Assembly: GCF_001194135.2 (NCBI RefSeq)
Contig: NC_068981.1
Span: 35,940,071 to 36,004,070 of the forward strand
Direction: 5' to 3'
Origin: Octopus bimaculoides
Lineage: Eukaryota
DNA length: 64,000 nucleotides
Part shown: positions 25,946 to 38,700 of the stretch, piece after piece
How positions within the stretch are numbered: position 1 is the first letter of the stretch
Layout of the letters: each line of letters starts with the position of its first letter
Translations under genes and position numbers: made by a program
Notes under the pieces: generated by a model
Told to the model about the DNA's origin: nothing
What the model saw: only the letters and a program-made list of their open reading frames with translations
Databases searched by the model: none

Positions 25946-26192
25946 TATATATGCTATATATGCTATATATATATATATTTTCAAACCTGGTACCGTGTCA
26001 CTGAAAGGTTTAAATGAACGTTTCTCCTACTCCTACACCTTCTCTTAGTTCATTTACTCCTTTCTTTACCTGCAGCTCTCTTCCCACTTCATTTTTTCCT
26101 TTCACCTCATTTTTGACTTCATCCACTTCATCTCTTCATTCCATTCCTCTTTCTTTTTACATCTCTCACTCTGTTTCTCTCTTTCACCAGAT
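25320..26192 (+). repeat. Local direct duplication of ~218 bp (25320-25537 and 25975-26192)
   Basis: The two segments align end to end, roughly 90% identical by eye. ORFs 25359 and 26014 in the track are correspondingly similar. Confidence 0.95.
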
Positions 26193-26956
26193 CCTGTAAT
26201 TTCCTTTCTCTCTCTATTGTGGTAAAATTTGGTATATACTCGAAAGTATTCATAGAAGTTTTACCCTTTTGCTGTAATATCACTCTTAATAATCTTCTTG
26301 TCTACCCTACATTTTAACTTTATACAATATGGCAATATTGTTTGAAATGATCTTTAGAAGTTAGTTGATTTATCCCTTTATTAAAGTGCTCTACCCTCCT
26401 GGTCTTACTACTTATAAGGGCCTTTATATAAGTAGCCCTTCTAATTAAACACCCCTAAGAAACTAAAAATATCATGTATAGAGTTACAATAATAACTTCT
26501 AAAACCTATAATATAACCCTTAGTTTTAAAAAATTAGTGTAAAATTAGAATGTCACATAACATATATATTCCCTTAGCTAATACCAGGTATCAGTCTTTA
26601 TTGATACTAGCTATATAAGTAAATATATAATTTTTAGTTCAGTATATTTTGACTTATCATTCATTTTCTATATATCTTCTCTACTGTGGTTAACAAGCTA
26701 CATATACTTTATCATGTTTTTAACTATTTTATTCCTTTTCTATGGTGTTCTGCCCTACCAGATTATTTTATATCTTTATTATTTTATAATAGCCTTTATT
26801 TATTTCTTTATAAAATAAATCCAATATTTGTATGTCATAACCATCTGTATATTGTGGTTTTTGTCATTTTAGTTATAAAATAAACAAATTAATCAACGGA
26901 ATACATTGTCTGCAAGTCGATGGATACCGCATATTCTCCTCCATTTTCTCATTGCT

Positions 26957-26987
<31 letters not shown>

Positions 26988-27107
26988 CTATATGCATACA
27001 TACACATACATATAAATATATATATATATATTATATATATATATATTATATNNNNNNNNNNNNNNNNNNNNNNNNNNNNNNNNNNNNNNNNNNNNNNNNN
27101 NNNNNNN

Positions 27108-27140
<33 letters not shown>

Positions 27141-28734
27141 ATATATATATAAATACATATCTGTTTGAAATTGTGAAGAAAAAATCTATAAGTATATGAA
27201 TGCAGATATGGATAGGTAGTTAAGAAGTTTGTTTCAAACCAAATGGTTCTAGGATCAATGGCACTGCACAAGGCACCATGTATTTGAGGAAATCAATGTC
27301 TGTTGAGTAGCCTTTAACTCAATCACACTGTTTTTACCACCATATGCTTACTACATTCACTCATCCATTTTGGTTCTTCTTCCTTCACCACACTCTCTTC
27401 TGTCCAGCCTCTTGGTCATTCACCTTGAGAGAATGAACACATAGAATAGTGAGGATTCTTTAGTGCAATGAGATGCATGACAACCTCACACAAAAATGTA
27501 ACCACACATGATTATTGCTGATTTTTTTTCCTCTTTCGTCTTGGACTTTTCTGTTTGCAAAGAAGAGCTGTGCTCAAAGCATAAAACTTCTACTCTTTTC
27601 TTTCTCTGAGCAACTTATTAATACATTGCTTGTGTTATGTCCAAACGTTTGTTTCTTTTCTTTTTGCCTGTGTTTGTTTGAATTGACTGTATATATATGT
27701 GTGTGTGTGTGTATATATATATATATACAGAAGCTAGAAATGAGAAAATCAAATATTTTCTATTATATATATAATATAAAGGAAGAAACTATGTTTCCAA
27801 CTAATAAAATTATTTGCTAATAAAATTAAGAATATTTTAATTTTCATTTTAAAGTCAAGTAACTTTGTAAAAGCATTTTAGAATAATTAAATGTGTGTGT
27901 TTTTCTGTTGTCTTTTCTTGGATACATTTTTTTCATATAATTCTTGACTTTAATTAGAATAGATTTATTTATAAAAATCTTTCAATATTTTAGAAATTCT
28001 CAAACTGTAGATGGCAATATTTCGTAGACTATTCGAAGAATTTGAAAATAGAATATAGTATTTTTGTTTTATTCATGTTGTGTCATTTTACCTCTAATAC
28101 TGCCATCTTCCAGTGGAAAAGTTTGCATTTTACTAACGTTTTTGGGGTGGTGGTAGGGCAGAAGTAAATGTTTGTTGTTTGGTTAAGCAATGATAAATGT
28201 TTAAATCTAGTTAAAGTGTAATGTCCTGCAAGTTTTGTTGAAAAAGGCAGCTCTGTTTTCTTTTTTTTTTTTCTCTATAAGATTTACACATGATTTTTAA
28301 AAACTTAACTCTTACTGAAATTCACTAATAATATATGAGCTGTTGTCTTGAGAGAAAAAGATACTTAAATATACATCAACAAATCATTAAGAAAACGTCA
28401 ATAATAATACTTAACTTGAACTATTTTGAACCTTCAGTCTATGCCCTACATTTAAGATTAATGTAGATGATAGGGCAAAATTACTCCTTCATAAAGATAA
28501 TCCAGAGTTCTAAATTTCAAGAGGATTTGAACTTTCAATCAATGCTTCACGTTTGATACCATCTATGCTCTTTTGATACCAGTCAGCCTGAGGCTGCTCT
28601 AGGTTCTATAATACAAGCTTCTTGTTTTAAAGTGATCTAAATTTAAGCCTTAATCAAAATTTTATGTTATTTTATCATCCAAACATCAGCTTAATAATGA
28701 CTAAGTTGTTGCTGGTATTGATGTTCTTCTTCAT

Positions 28735-29130
28735 CATCATTGTCGTCGTTGTCATTTAACATTTGCCTTCCATGCTGGCATAGGTTGGACAGTTGGACAA
28801 AATCTGATGGCCCAAGGACTGCATTGTGCTTTAATGTCTGATTTGGCATGGTTTCTATGGCTGGATACCCTTCCTAATGCTTCCCGCTTTACAGTGTGCA
28901 CTGGGTGCTTTTTTCATGCTATCAGTACTGGTGAGATTGCCATGCAGCTTGCAAGACTATTAAGCCTAAGGTATGACAGGGGTAGAGGTGTTAGAGTATG
29001 AAAGAGAGGGCAGGTTAGAACAGCTTCTAGTAGAGGAGCTGCATGCTAGTAGGGGTGGAAGAGTGTGATCAGTAAGAGTTGCAAAGAGATAGATAGGATA
29101 CGAGGTGTCCAGATGGCCCCACAAGTCATG
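28735..29130 (-). mobile_element. RTE-tail-type SINE/LINE fragment with purine-rich extension
   Basis: TTTAACATTTGCCTTCCATGCTGGCATAGGTTGGAC...GGCATGGTTTCTATGGCTGGATACCCTTCCTAATG...TTTACAGTGTGCACTGGGTGC is the reverse complement of the tail family. Confidence 0.75.
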
Positions 29131-30317
29131 AGATAAATAGGATTATTTTACTAAGTTCTTCATTATTTTCAAAATTAGGAGATACAAGGGCAGTGTATTT
29201 CAACAAAAATATGTAATGAAAGAGTTAAAGAACTATTTCTACACCCATCAAGGAAAACGTGAAAGAAAAGTGAGAAAGCAAATTATTCTAGTAGATGGAA
29301 GGCAGCAGAAGAGGAAAAGACATGAAATGTGTGATACAAAATACTGTATTTAATGATAGAAAAATGTTAAGACCTTATTACAAATCAGAAATTAAAATTG
29401 CAAAGAAGTTCATTACCATTGCAGGCAATAGACAGCCCTTGGCTGTTTGCTGGTGATGGGATCTGGCTACAAGAAAAATATTTCTACTGCACAAATGCTG
29501 CTTCCATTCATACCAAGCAAAATCTCACCAGTTTAAATAAACTTCCCTGGTGGAAACATTTAAATGGAATAAATTTTGGATAAATAATTTTTTTTTAAAG
29601 ATTCTATATGATTTTCCTGTTCTTCGATTAAAATAAATCTAATGTTCTCTCTTGTAAAAAGACACTAAAAATACCTAACAGGATGATCATCCAATAATAT
29701 AGAAAATTAAAAATTTTCATAAATAAAATAGACAACAATATAATTTATTCAAGTCACTTTTATAAATATAATTTTTATTTCATTTTTCCTATCATATCTA
29801 TCTGCAGCAGTTATTTTGTACAAATTTCCCCAAAGAAAAGTGTTTATTAAATAAATCATAAGATTTTCCTTGAAATAAAATGAATTTCAGAAGAACTGAA
29901 GATGTCTAATTCATGAAATAACTAAGTTTAGAAGTAAATTGTTTTGAAATAACTTTAAGACACTTAAGCACACTTCCCAGTGAAACTAGATTGAGACACA
30001 GAAGATTTAATTTTTAGAATCTGATTTTAGCAACTATTCTAAAATTAGAAAGCATTTCTCATATTATCAGATTCTTATAACTATAAGGATAGCTTCTTTG
30101 AGAACTGAAAAGGTTAAAAATATCTCTTGCAAAGTATTAAGAAAATAATAGTGATAGACGAAGAGGATAAGATAAATTTGAATAGGTAAGAAGTAAAGCT
30201 AATGAAATAAAAAATTTAAGTTAAGTTTCAAAGATGGCAAATTTATTAATGAAACATAAGGCCGTATTTTGTTACACAATATAGTCAAATAAAATGTACT
30301 ATTTTTTTTCTTTACAG

Positions 30318-30360
30318 ACATGTGCTACACATGCAAATCTCTGAAGAATAATCTTCAAAG
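30318..30360 (+). CDS. Candidate small coding exon (43 nt, phase 1 to 2)
   Basis: Acceptor ATTTTTTTTCTTTACAG, donor AAG|GTACTA. Only the phase-1 frame is open (xMCYTCKSLKNNLQx), phase-compatible with 17830-17960. Confidence 0.4.
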
Positions 30361-31041
30361 GTACTAATGAAGAAAATGCTATTTACTTTTATAATTAAAG
30401 TAGATATATATTCAGGAGATGATGATTCATTTTGTTGTAACTCACTGTGTCTCAGTTTAAGTCATTAATCAAGTAACAAACTGCATATGTGTGTTATGTA
30501 TGAATATATATCTGTATGTATATGTGTATGCGTGTATATATAGGCAAATCCAAAATAAATTTAAAAAAACAGAAAAAGAAACAAATATCAAAAGGACATA
30601 CACAATGAATGTATTAGATTGATGCTCAGAGAACGTCTAAGATGGTAAAAACAGAAGTGTGACATTTTGAGCATGACTGTTCATTAGAAAGAGGAAAATG
30701 GCAGAGAGAAGGAAAAGAATAGTTCAAGAAAAGCACATACATATACAGGTCTGTGTGTACATATACATCTTTGAGTAAGAGTATAAGTTATGCTGTTGTT
30801 GTAACTGCAAAGTGCACTGTGTAAGAGATAAGTACTGGAGTGGTGTCTTGTTTCACTTCTTCTGGCTTGTAGAATGCAACAGGACTTGCACTCAGCACTG
30901 CCACTTGTGATTTATCCAGACACTTGTCTATTGTCCCTTCTGATATCTGTTTTCAGTATGCTGTTTCTAACTAAGCTAATTCAAATTATATCTGTTGTTG
31001 ATACATTGTCTATTTGACAGGTTGTTGATGTATCTAGTTTC

Positions 31042-31081
<40 letters not shown>

Positions 31082-31533
31082 NNNNNNNNNNNNNNNNNNN
31101 NNNNNNNNNNNNNNNNNNNNNNNNNNNNNNNNNNNNNNNNNNNNNNNNNNNNNNNNNNNNNNNNNNNNNNNNNNNNNNNNNNNNNNNNNNNNNNNNNNNN
31201 NNNNNNNNNNNNNNNNNNNNNNNNNNNNNNNNNNNNNNNNNNNNNNNNNNNNNNNNNNNNNNNNNNNNNNNNNNNNNNNNNNNNNNNNNNNNNNNNNNNN
31301 NNNNNNNNNNNNNNNNNNNNNNNNNNNNNNNNNNNNNNNNNNNNNNNNNNNNNNNNNNNNNNNNNNNNNNNNNNNNNNNNNNNNNNNNNNNNNNNNNNNN
31401 NNNNNNNNNNNNNNNNNNNNNNNNNNNNNNNNNNNNNNNNNNNNNNNNNNNNNNNNNNNNNNNNNNNNNNNNNNNNNNNNNNNNNNNNNNNNNNNNNNNN
31501 NNNNNNNNNNNNNNNNNNNNNNNNNNNNNNNNN

Positions 31534-31571
<38 letters not shown>

Positions 31572-31600
31572 TTTATTTAAAAGCAGCAGAAATATAACAA

Positions 31601-31639
31601 AAAAACCGTTACTCTGAGTTTCACGTTCCCGTTCATCGG
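31601..31639 (-). ncRNA. Hammerhead ribozyme-like core (5' arm of stem I missing) in a (TA)n-anchored repeat
   Basis: Minus strand reads CCGATGA-ACG-GGAA-CGT-GAAA-CTC-A-GAG-TA-ACGGTTTTT: core with U4>C, 3 bp stem II with GNRA loop, GAAA, minimal stem III, GUA triplet. CpGs retained. Confidence 0.5.
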
Positions 31640-31709
31640 TAAGAATTCAATAAAATAGCATGCATGTACATATAGATACACAAATAAAAAAAAACTTGAT
31701 TAAACTTAC

Positions 31710-31742
31710 CACCTGTTTCTTTATTTAGTGCAAAATACTCAC
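31710..31742 (-). CDS. Candidate 33-nt symmetric phase-1 mini-exon, (G)EYFALNKETG, cadherin-repeat-loop-like
   Basis: Minus strand TTTATCTTTTCCTTTTACTTTCTTTCAG|GTGAGTATTTTGCACTAAATAAAGAAACAGGTG|GTAAGT has the strongest splice pair I found. The other two frames contain stops. Confidence 0.45.
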
Positions 31743-32325
31743 CTGAAAGAAAGTAAAAGGAAAAGATAAATGACATTTAATACCTGTATACACATACAAA
31801 CACACACACACAAAAATATTTAAGTATACTTTATAGGCAAGTTTCTTTTCTGCATACAAAAAATTCTATATTTCCTCACTAACTTAGAAACCAGGCACCT
31901 TCGAATGCTATACTAACCATTAAAACAGTAAAAAATCATTGGTCATCACCCCTACTATAATCAACATCAACATCGTCGTCGTCGTCGTCGTCGTCATCAT
32001 CATCATTTTTGTCATTGTTTTCATCATTACGACCATTATCATCATCATTTCTAGTAACATTATGATTATTATTTAATTATTCATAAAATCTCTTTTCGCA
32101 ATTCTAACAAGATTCTTGTTACTAAATCCATTATATTTTTTAGAATTAATGTGAGAGTCAATGGTTAAAATGATTCCTATTATAATTTTAGTTACAGATT
32201 TTGTTCACTCACTTTACCAAAAGACATTTCAATCTTTAATACATGAAGGAAATTGAGATTCTCTTTTGAATATGGGAAGAAAATAATAGCTATGACAAAT
32301 TTGGAAATTGAAGTGTGTGTGTGTG

Positions 32326-32363
<38 letters not shown>

Positions 32364-33405
32364 CATATATATATTGAAACAAAAAGTCGTCAGAATTTTG
32401 GAAAAAAAATCTGTTTATTTCTTCATTATTATTATTAGGGCTTTCATTCATTTCTCAAACTTGTCAAATAAAATTTTGTGAATGTACAAACAGCTTATTC
32501 ATTTATATAAAACAGGTGTTTTTTGGGGCTTTTGTTTATAAGAAGAGAACATTGTTTTTGTTTTTTTAGGTGAGATTCCATTGACAATGGAGATGGATAG
32601 ATAGAAATATAGGTAGGTAGATAGGCTGACAGATAGATAGATAGATAGATAGATAGGTAAGAGAGGGAGAGAGAGAAGGGGAATTCCCCTTCCTATACAC
32701 CATTTATTTATTTAGTCATTTACCATTGTATTGGAATGGGCTTAAGGATGGTGACCTCTTCAAAAGAAAAAAAAAACATACAGGTGATGTGTGGTCATCA
32801 CTGAAAGACTTTTTGCATCCTCTTTCCTTCTTTATTCATCTTTCTTTCTTTTTCTCCTCTTTGAGTTATATTCTCCCCTTTGCTTTCAAACATTCAAATT
32901 TGGAGTGAATTATGTATACATATATATATATATGTACACACACGTAAAGCTAGAACATCCCAATGTTACACATATATATATACCTGAACATTTGTAGAGA
33001 TGAGCCACATTTGGAATAAAAAATGCAATTCTCTGCTTTGCCTTCAAACATTCAATTTTGGAGAGAATCTCTTGATGAAGTGTGCGTGTGTGTGTGTGCG
33101 TGCGTGTGTGTGTGTATGTGTGTGTGTGTGCATGTGTGTGTGTGTTTAGGAACATGTCCATGTTTTAACTGTGTAACTTTGATAATTTCTGTGCATCACA
33201 CCTAACACTCTATACATATGTAAACGCCGGTGTTAAAAAGGGGGTAGCTGATGAAGAAGAATGTTCTCTATGTGGCTTGTGTGTTTTCTCGTCTACGTTT
33301 TGTTTGTAATGTCCTGTACCCAGATATGCACCTTATACATACAGGTGGATGTCGGTATGCACATACCTGTATGTATATATGCATATACTCATTTACTGTT
33401 TGTTT

Positions 33406-33456
<51 letters not shown>

Positions 33457-35619
33457 CACACACACACACACGCGCATATATATATATATATCATTTCAAA
33501 ATACTGGTTTAAGTAAATCTCTTCAGAATGTGAATATAGATAGATGCATCGGTTAGGATGCAAAAATAATTGATACATATGTGGTAGTAATATAAACAAA
33601 GGTAGTAAATCTTACATTAAATTTTGTTCTTGCACTGGTAAATTCGCTGGGTAGAGGTTTGATTGTGGTAGACTGGTTAGTTTCGTTGGGTAATTAGGAC
33701 GGGGTGAGTACTATTTAGGTGCGGGGTTCCTAGTTTAATTAAGCACATTTTTTTCGCACTTGTGTATTCAATTTGTTTATATTCTGCAATTAGTTATCAC
33801 CAGTAGTAATATCAGTGGCCAGAAAAGTCTGGTTGAGCAACAGTAATAGAAATGGGTAGTGTATGTCTATAAATCTTATCTTTGATCTTGTGCTCATGCC
33901 TGACATAGAACTGTCTTTCTCGCCACTATCGCCCCAGTGGATTAAAGTAAATGTTATTCTTGCAAGTTGCATAAGAAGCCCTCTAGTGCTGGTGCTACGA
34001 AATAGAGTACCTAGTATACTCTGTAAAGTGGTTAGCAGTAGGAAGGAATTTCAGCCATAGAAACCATGCCAAAGCAGACATTGGAACAATCTTGTCAAAG
34101 TGTTCAACTCATGCCAGTATAGAAGAGGGGAATTAAAAGATGATGATGATGGTAATAATGATAGATTGGTTTCTTATACATGGGAACATTTGTTTCACTT
34201 CAAATTCATTTAATTTTATGAAGAATGGATAAATTTTACTCTTATGAGTTTAAAAAAAAATAGTGGCTTGTTATCTCCCAAGAATTTGTACTTAGTAATA
34301 TATCTTTCACTGACTGAAGTGTGTGGTATTTTTCCTTTGCTTGACAACCTGATATATCTTATGAGAGTAACCGATTGCTCTTAAGCATTTCTTTAAAGAA
34401 TGGTTCTTACTCCTCTTTCTTTCGTTTAAGTCAAGACTTAAGCTATTCTATACTTTCACTTTCCTTCCATTTTCCTCTTCCAGACTTCCTTTCTATTATG
34501 TGTGCTTGTGTCTGTGGTCATTCATAATAAATGTTTGCAAGCATACACATACATATATGTATATATATGTTGGTGTGTGAACTTACATATGTGTATATAT
34601 ATATATGTGTGTGTGTGTGTGAGTATGTGTGTGTGTATGTGTACAATGTACACTCATAATGCTCTCCTAATCTCTCTTTTATACACACATATACATAGCA
34701 TTTGAAACAATTTCATTGAAACATAATTAGGCATATCTTCCTATTTAGGTTGGTTTATGGGTAATTTTGAAGTAAATCAGGAAAGTGATTAAAGGTCAAA
34801 GAATGTGATGTGGCAGAGAAAGCAGAGGAATAGTACTGAAGTCAAGCTGAAAGAACTAGAGTAGCATGGAATAGAGAATGATGACAGTGCTTATACTTGA
34901 AATATAGTTCATTAATGTTAGGTGGAAAGCATTTAGTATTTATTTGAAGGGCTGATTATTGAGACCAACAACAGGTCAATTTGATATTCTGAAAATCTCT
35001 GAAGATTACTGGCGTTGTAATGAGTTTTGGTTTCTTCAAATTGGTATGGTTACGAAGTTTTACTCTAAGTCAGTTAAAATTACAAAACCTTCCACAGTTA
35101 CTGACCCTCAGAAAAAAAAGCAAGCACCACAAAATTTATCTGAAATTACTTTAAATACATAAGGTGGCTGAGGTTGTTTGTATTTATACCTAGATAAGTA
35201 GATTGTTTTTATTTTGAATAAATGTTCTTGTTAAGTTAGTCATTTAGTTCACAAATATCCCAGTGTATCTAAGATTATATCGTTTGATGTATTCTACATT
35301 TTTAAAGACTGTAGAGTATGATCAGAGGGAGATTTGGCTGCTGTTTCTAGTAGTTTAAGTGACCACAAAGTGGTTTTCTTATTGGTTGGAAGCTGTAGAA
35401 CATGGTGTTAGTGTTATGGTAGCAATGTTCATTTAATCGGGAATTGTGATTCTGTGATTGCCCTTATATTGGTCTATTGAGAATGAATTAGGTATAATAA
35501 TTCTCTTGATGGTAGTTACTATGTTGATGGTTATTATATTTGTAAGTTAGTGTAACAGCAATTATTGACTATGTTGTGGAATAATAGTATTGATGGACAC
35601 AGGGTCATGATAGTATCTA

Positions 35620-35790
35620 CAAGGTAAAAATTAGTAGAATCTTTAGAGTATTGGACAGAATGCCTTATGGTATTCATTCTGGCTCTCTCTGTGTTCTGAG
35701 TTCAAATCCTGTTGAGGCCAACTTTGCTTTCTATCTCCTTGGAGTCAGTAAATAAAGCACCAGTCTAGTTTCATTATCTTCTTCCCCTTT
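35620..35790 (+). mobile_element. Family A SINE copy
   Basis: TTAGTAGAATCTTTAGAG...TTCTGAGTTCAAATCC..TGAGGCCAACTTTGCTTTC...AAATAAAGCACCAG. Confidence 0.75.
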
Positions 35791-38700
35791 TTCTGAAGGA
35801 AATTGACAGTGATCGGACCTAGAAAGAGATGGACTTTGCCAGGTTTAGATGATCATGAAATACTGAATGTAATAATGGCATCCATATGGTTCCACCAGGA
35901 GTTGAAAGCTCAAGGCAACAATGTCTTTGCCTGACAAAAAATGTATGGTACAATTATGGGAAATCAGTTGGTTGCATTGATATTTGAATTTGTTTGTCTT
36001 GTGTTAGCTTCTGACAAAACACCAGTTTTATAGTGGCAGGTTTTGTATTTGTAGTTCAATACCTTAATCTCCCTGGTCTTATATATTTTTAACTATATAA
36101 TAGACATACCAATCCTGAACCTAAAACACTTGCTTACCACATTTGTCAAGATTCTCCAATTTGCATATACATTATATTCATGTTCAGAACCAAGCAGTGT
36201 ACATGTCTAAACAAATATCTTTCTCTTGACATAAGACTTTCTTCTACAAAACCATAGTGTATAGGTGTTTAAATTTATTACAGGAATATAAGAGATGAAG
36301 CTAAACTTTGTTGAATTTGAATCCAAAATCTTGAGGAAACAAACAAAATACTGAAAAAGGTAACACCCAAAATCAAAGGAAACCAGTGAGGGTTTGTGTT
36401 GTCAATAAATAGTCTATGAGGAAGAGCAGTAGTTAGAATAAATGTAGTTATCATAAAGAAAGGAAGAGGTTTGACATTTCCTCATGGTAATTATATTTTT
36501 TTAACTGGCACACTTCCTCTTAAATACTGAAATACACCAAAACCAATATGTTAGTTCTCATTTCTGCTCTTAGCTGTCTTATTTACATGATAGGTTGTTG
36601 TGCTGGAGGTAGTTGTTGTTATGATGAAGGTAATTATAACAGTAGCCATAGCAGTTGCTCTAGTAGAGCTAGTTGTAATGTCATTGGTTGTGATATTAAT
36701 AATAATAATAATAATAAAAGGGCAATAGTCATTGTAGTGATGACAGTAGATAGAGATTAAGTTGTGCAGTACTAATAGTAATTATGTTAACATTGAAGTA
36801 ATGGTGAGAGTGATGTTATTGGTTTATGTGGTGTTGCAGCTGTTTAAATAAAAATACCTACCTATTATTTTAAACCTGAGCACTATATTTACAAGAGGTT
36901 AAATCACTCAGAGATGCCATCAACAGGAAAATCAATAGTTAAGTTAGTGTTAGCATATTTAAGATAGTGAACACTTAAAAGTTAATTAGAAATAATTGTT
37001 CAGTGAGCAAATGACATTGTTAGTCAATGATTAATATTATTTTGCAAGAGCAAGTACAGGAGACAATTGTCCTAGTCTTATTAGACCCTTTCAACAAAAC
37101 ATAGAATTCATTGTACTTACTGTATGTAGTATTGATGAGAGAATTACTAAGTAAATGCACATTGCAACATACGAGTTGGAAAGAGAGTTAACTTGTTTTA
37201 GAGAATGCAGTACCCAAAGAAATCACAAGAGTGTAGATGGCTGAGTGAATAATATATTGGACAGTCAGCCAAAGGAATGGTGATTTAAGCAATGCTACAG
37301 GAAATGAATTGCATCCAGATCAGGACATTTAATTTTCAAACTGTACACACTACTAAATGTAAAATAGTATTTGAATTGGCAATCATTAGAGCATCAAATT
37401 AAATACCTGAGAAGTATTTGTTCAAGCTCCCTACATTCTAGGTTCAAATCTCATTGAGGTCAACTTTACCTTTTAACCTTTCAATACCAATCTCTGGGTG
37501 GTAGATTGATAGAATTGTTGGTTGGATGCCTTGTAGTATTTATTTTGTCTCCATGCATTTTAAATTTCAAATCCTGCCTACATCCCTATTACAGTGAACC
37601 TCTTCCAGGTAGAAGAATAAAAAACCACAAAAGACACCAAACACAAAAGAATTTGCATTTCAATGCAATAGGAATAATCTAAGAGTACAGATTGCTCAAA
37701 AGATAATTATGATGATGATAACAACAATGGTGATGATGATGATGAGTAGTAATAACCCAACACTGTAAGAAGTGGTAGCATTATAAAACTCCAGTGGTTA
37801 ATTAACTTGTTGTGTCATGGATCATCTGTTCTTGGGGGTTTGGAGAATAAACTCTAATACTCAACATCAAACAAAAGTGCCTCAATCATCTTGCTTTGAC
37901 TTGAATCAGAGACTCTGGTTAATATTACAAACCACATGAGATTGAGGGTTAAAGAGCAACAGCATATTCCACATTAAACTGCTCGTGCATAGGCATCTAC
38001 CACCAAGTGTATGTATGTATGTGTGTGTTTGTGTGTGTGCGTGTGTGTTTGAGTGTGTTTGTGTGTGTGTGTGTGTATATGTTTGTAGGCTATATGAGAG
38101 AGATTCACACGACAATATTTATACAACACCACAGTTCAGATGTGTTGCTACTGTTAAAGTAATGTAGTTGTTGCTAACACAACACATGCTGAAATATGAT
38201 CCTTTGAAACTATCATTAATATTTCATATGATACATGCACACAGATGTTATAAAACATTTGTACTGTTAATCAGCTTTACACACACCCATGCAGATACAT
38301 CGAAATGTATCTTTCTGTATGTATGCTTCTATATGCATATGCATGCATACACTTGTGCAGGCATGTCAAGCATGGGAAATATGATGGTTACTTTGACAGA
38401 ATGGTTAATAGGAAAATAAATCAGAAACTAAATTGATTTCTGGCTTTGGCAAAGAGTATCAGATTTTTATTGTGTGATTTCAATTGACAATGGATCCACT
38501 ACCTTTTGTACAAGCTTTTACTTGTTTCTTAGAACAGCTGATCTATGCTTGACTGACATTGCCACAGAAACCTTCTCCCCTTCAGTCTTTGACAGTCTAG
38601 AAAGATAGATGATGTTGTGTAACATTCATGGGTTACCAAAGAGTTAAGTAAAGGGATGTGAAGTAATTATGCCTGGGGTATGACATTAAGATTGAGTCAT

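Noticed and set aside
33247-33275. CTGATGA followed by a small stem as a hammerhead
   Set aside because: No GAAA or stem III follows. The same applies to CTGATGA at ~13007 and ~49447.
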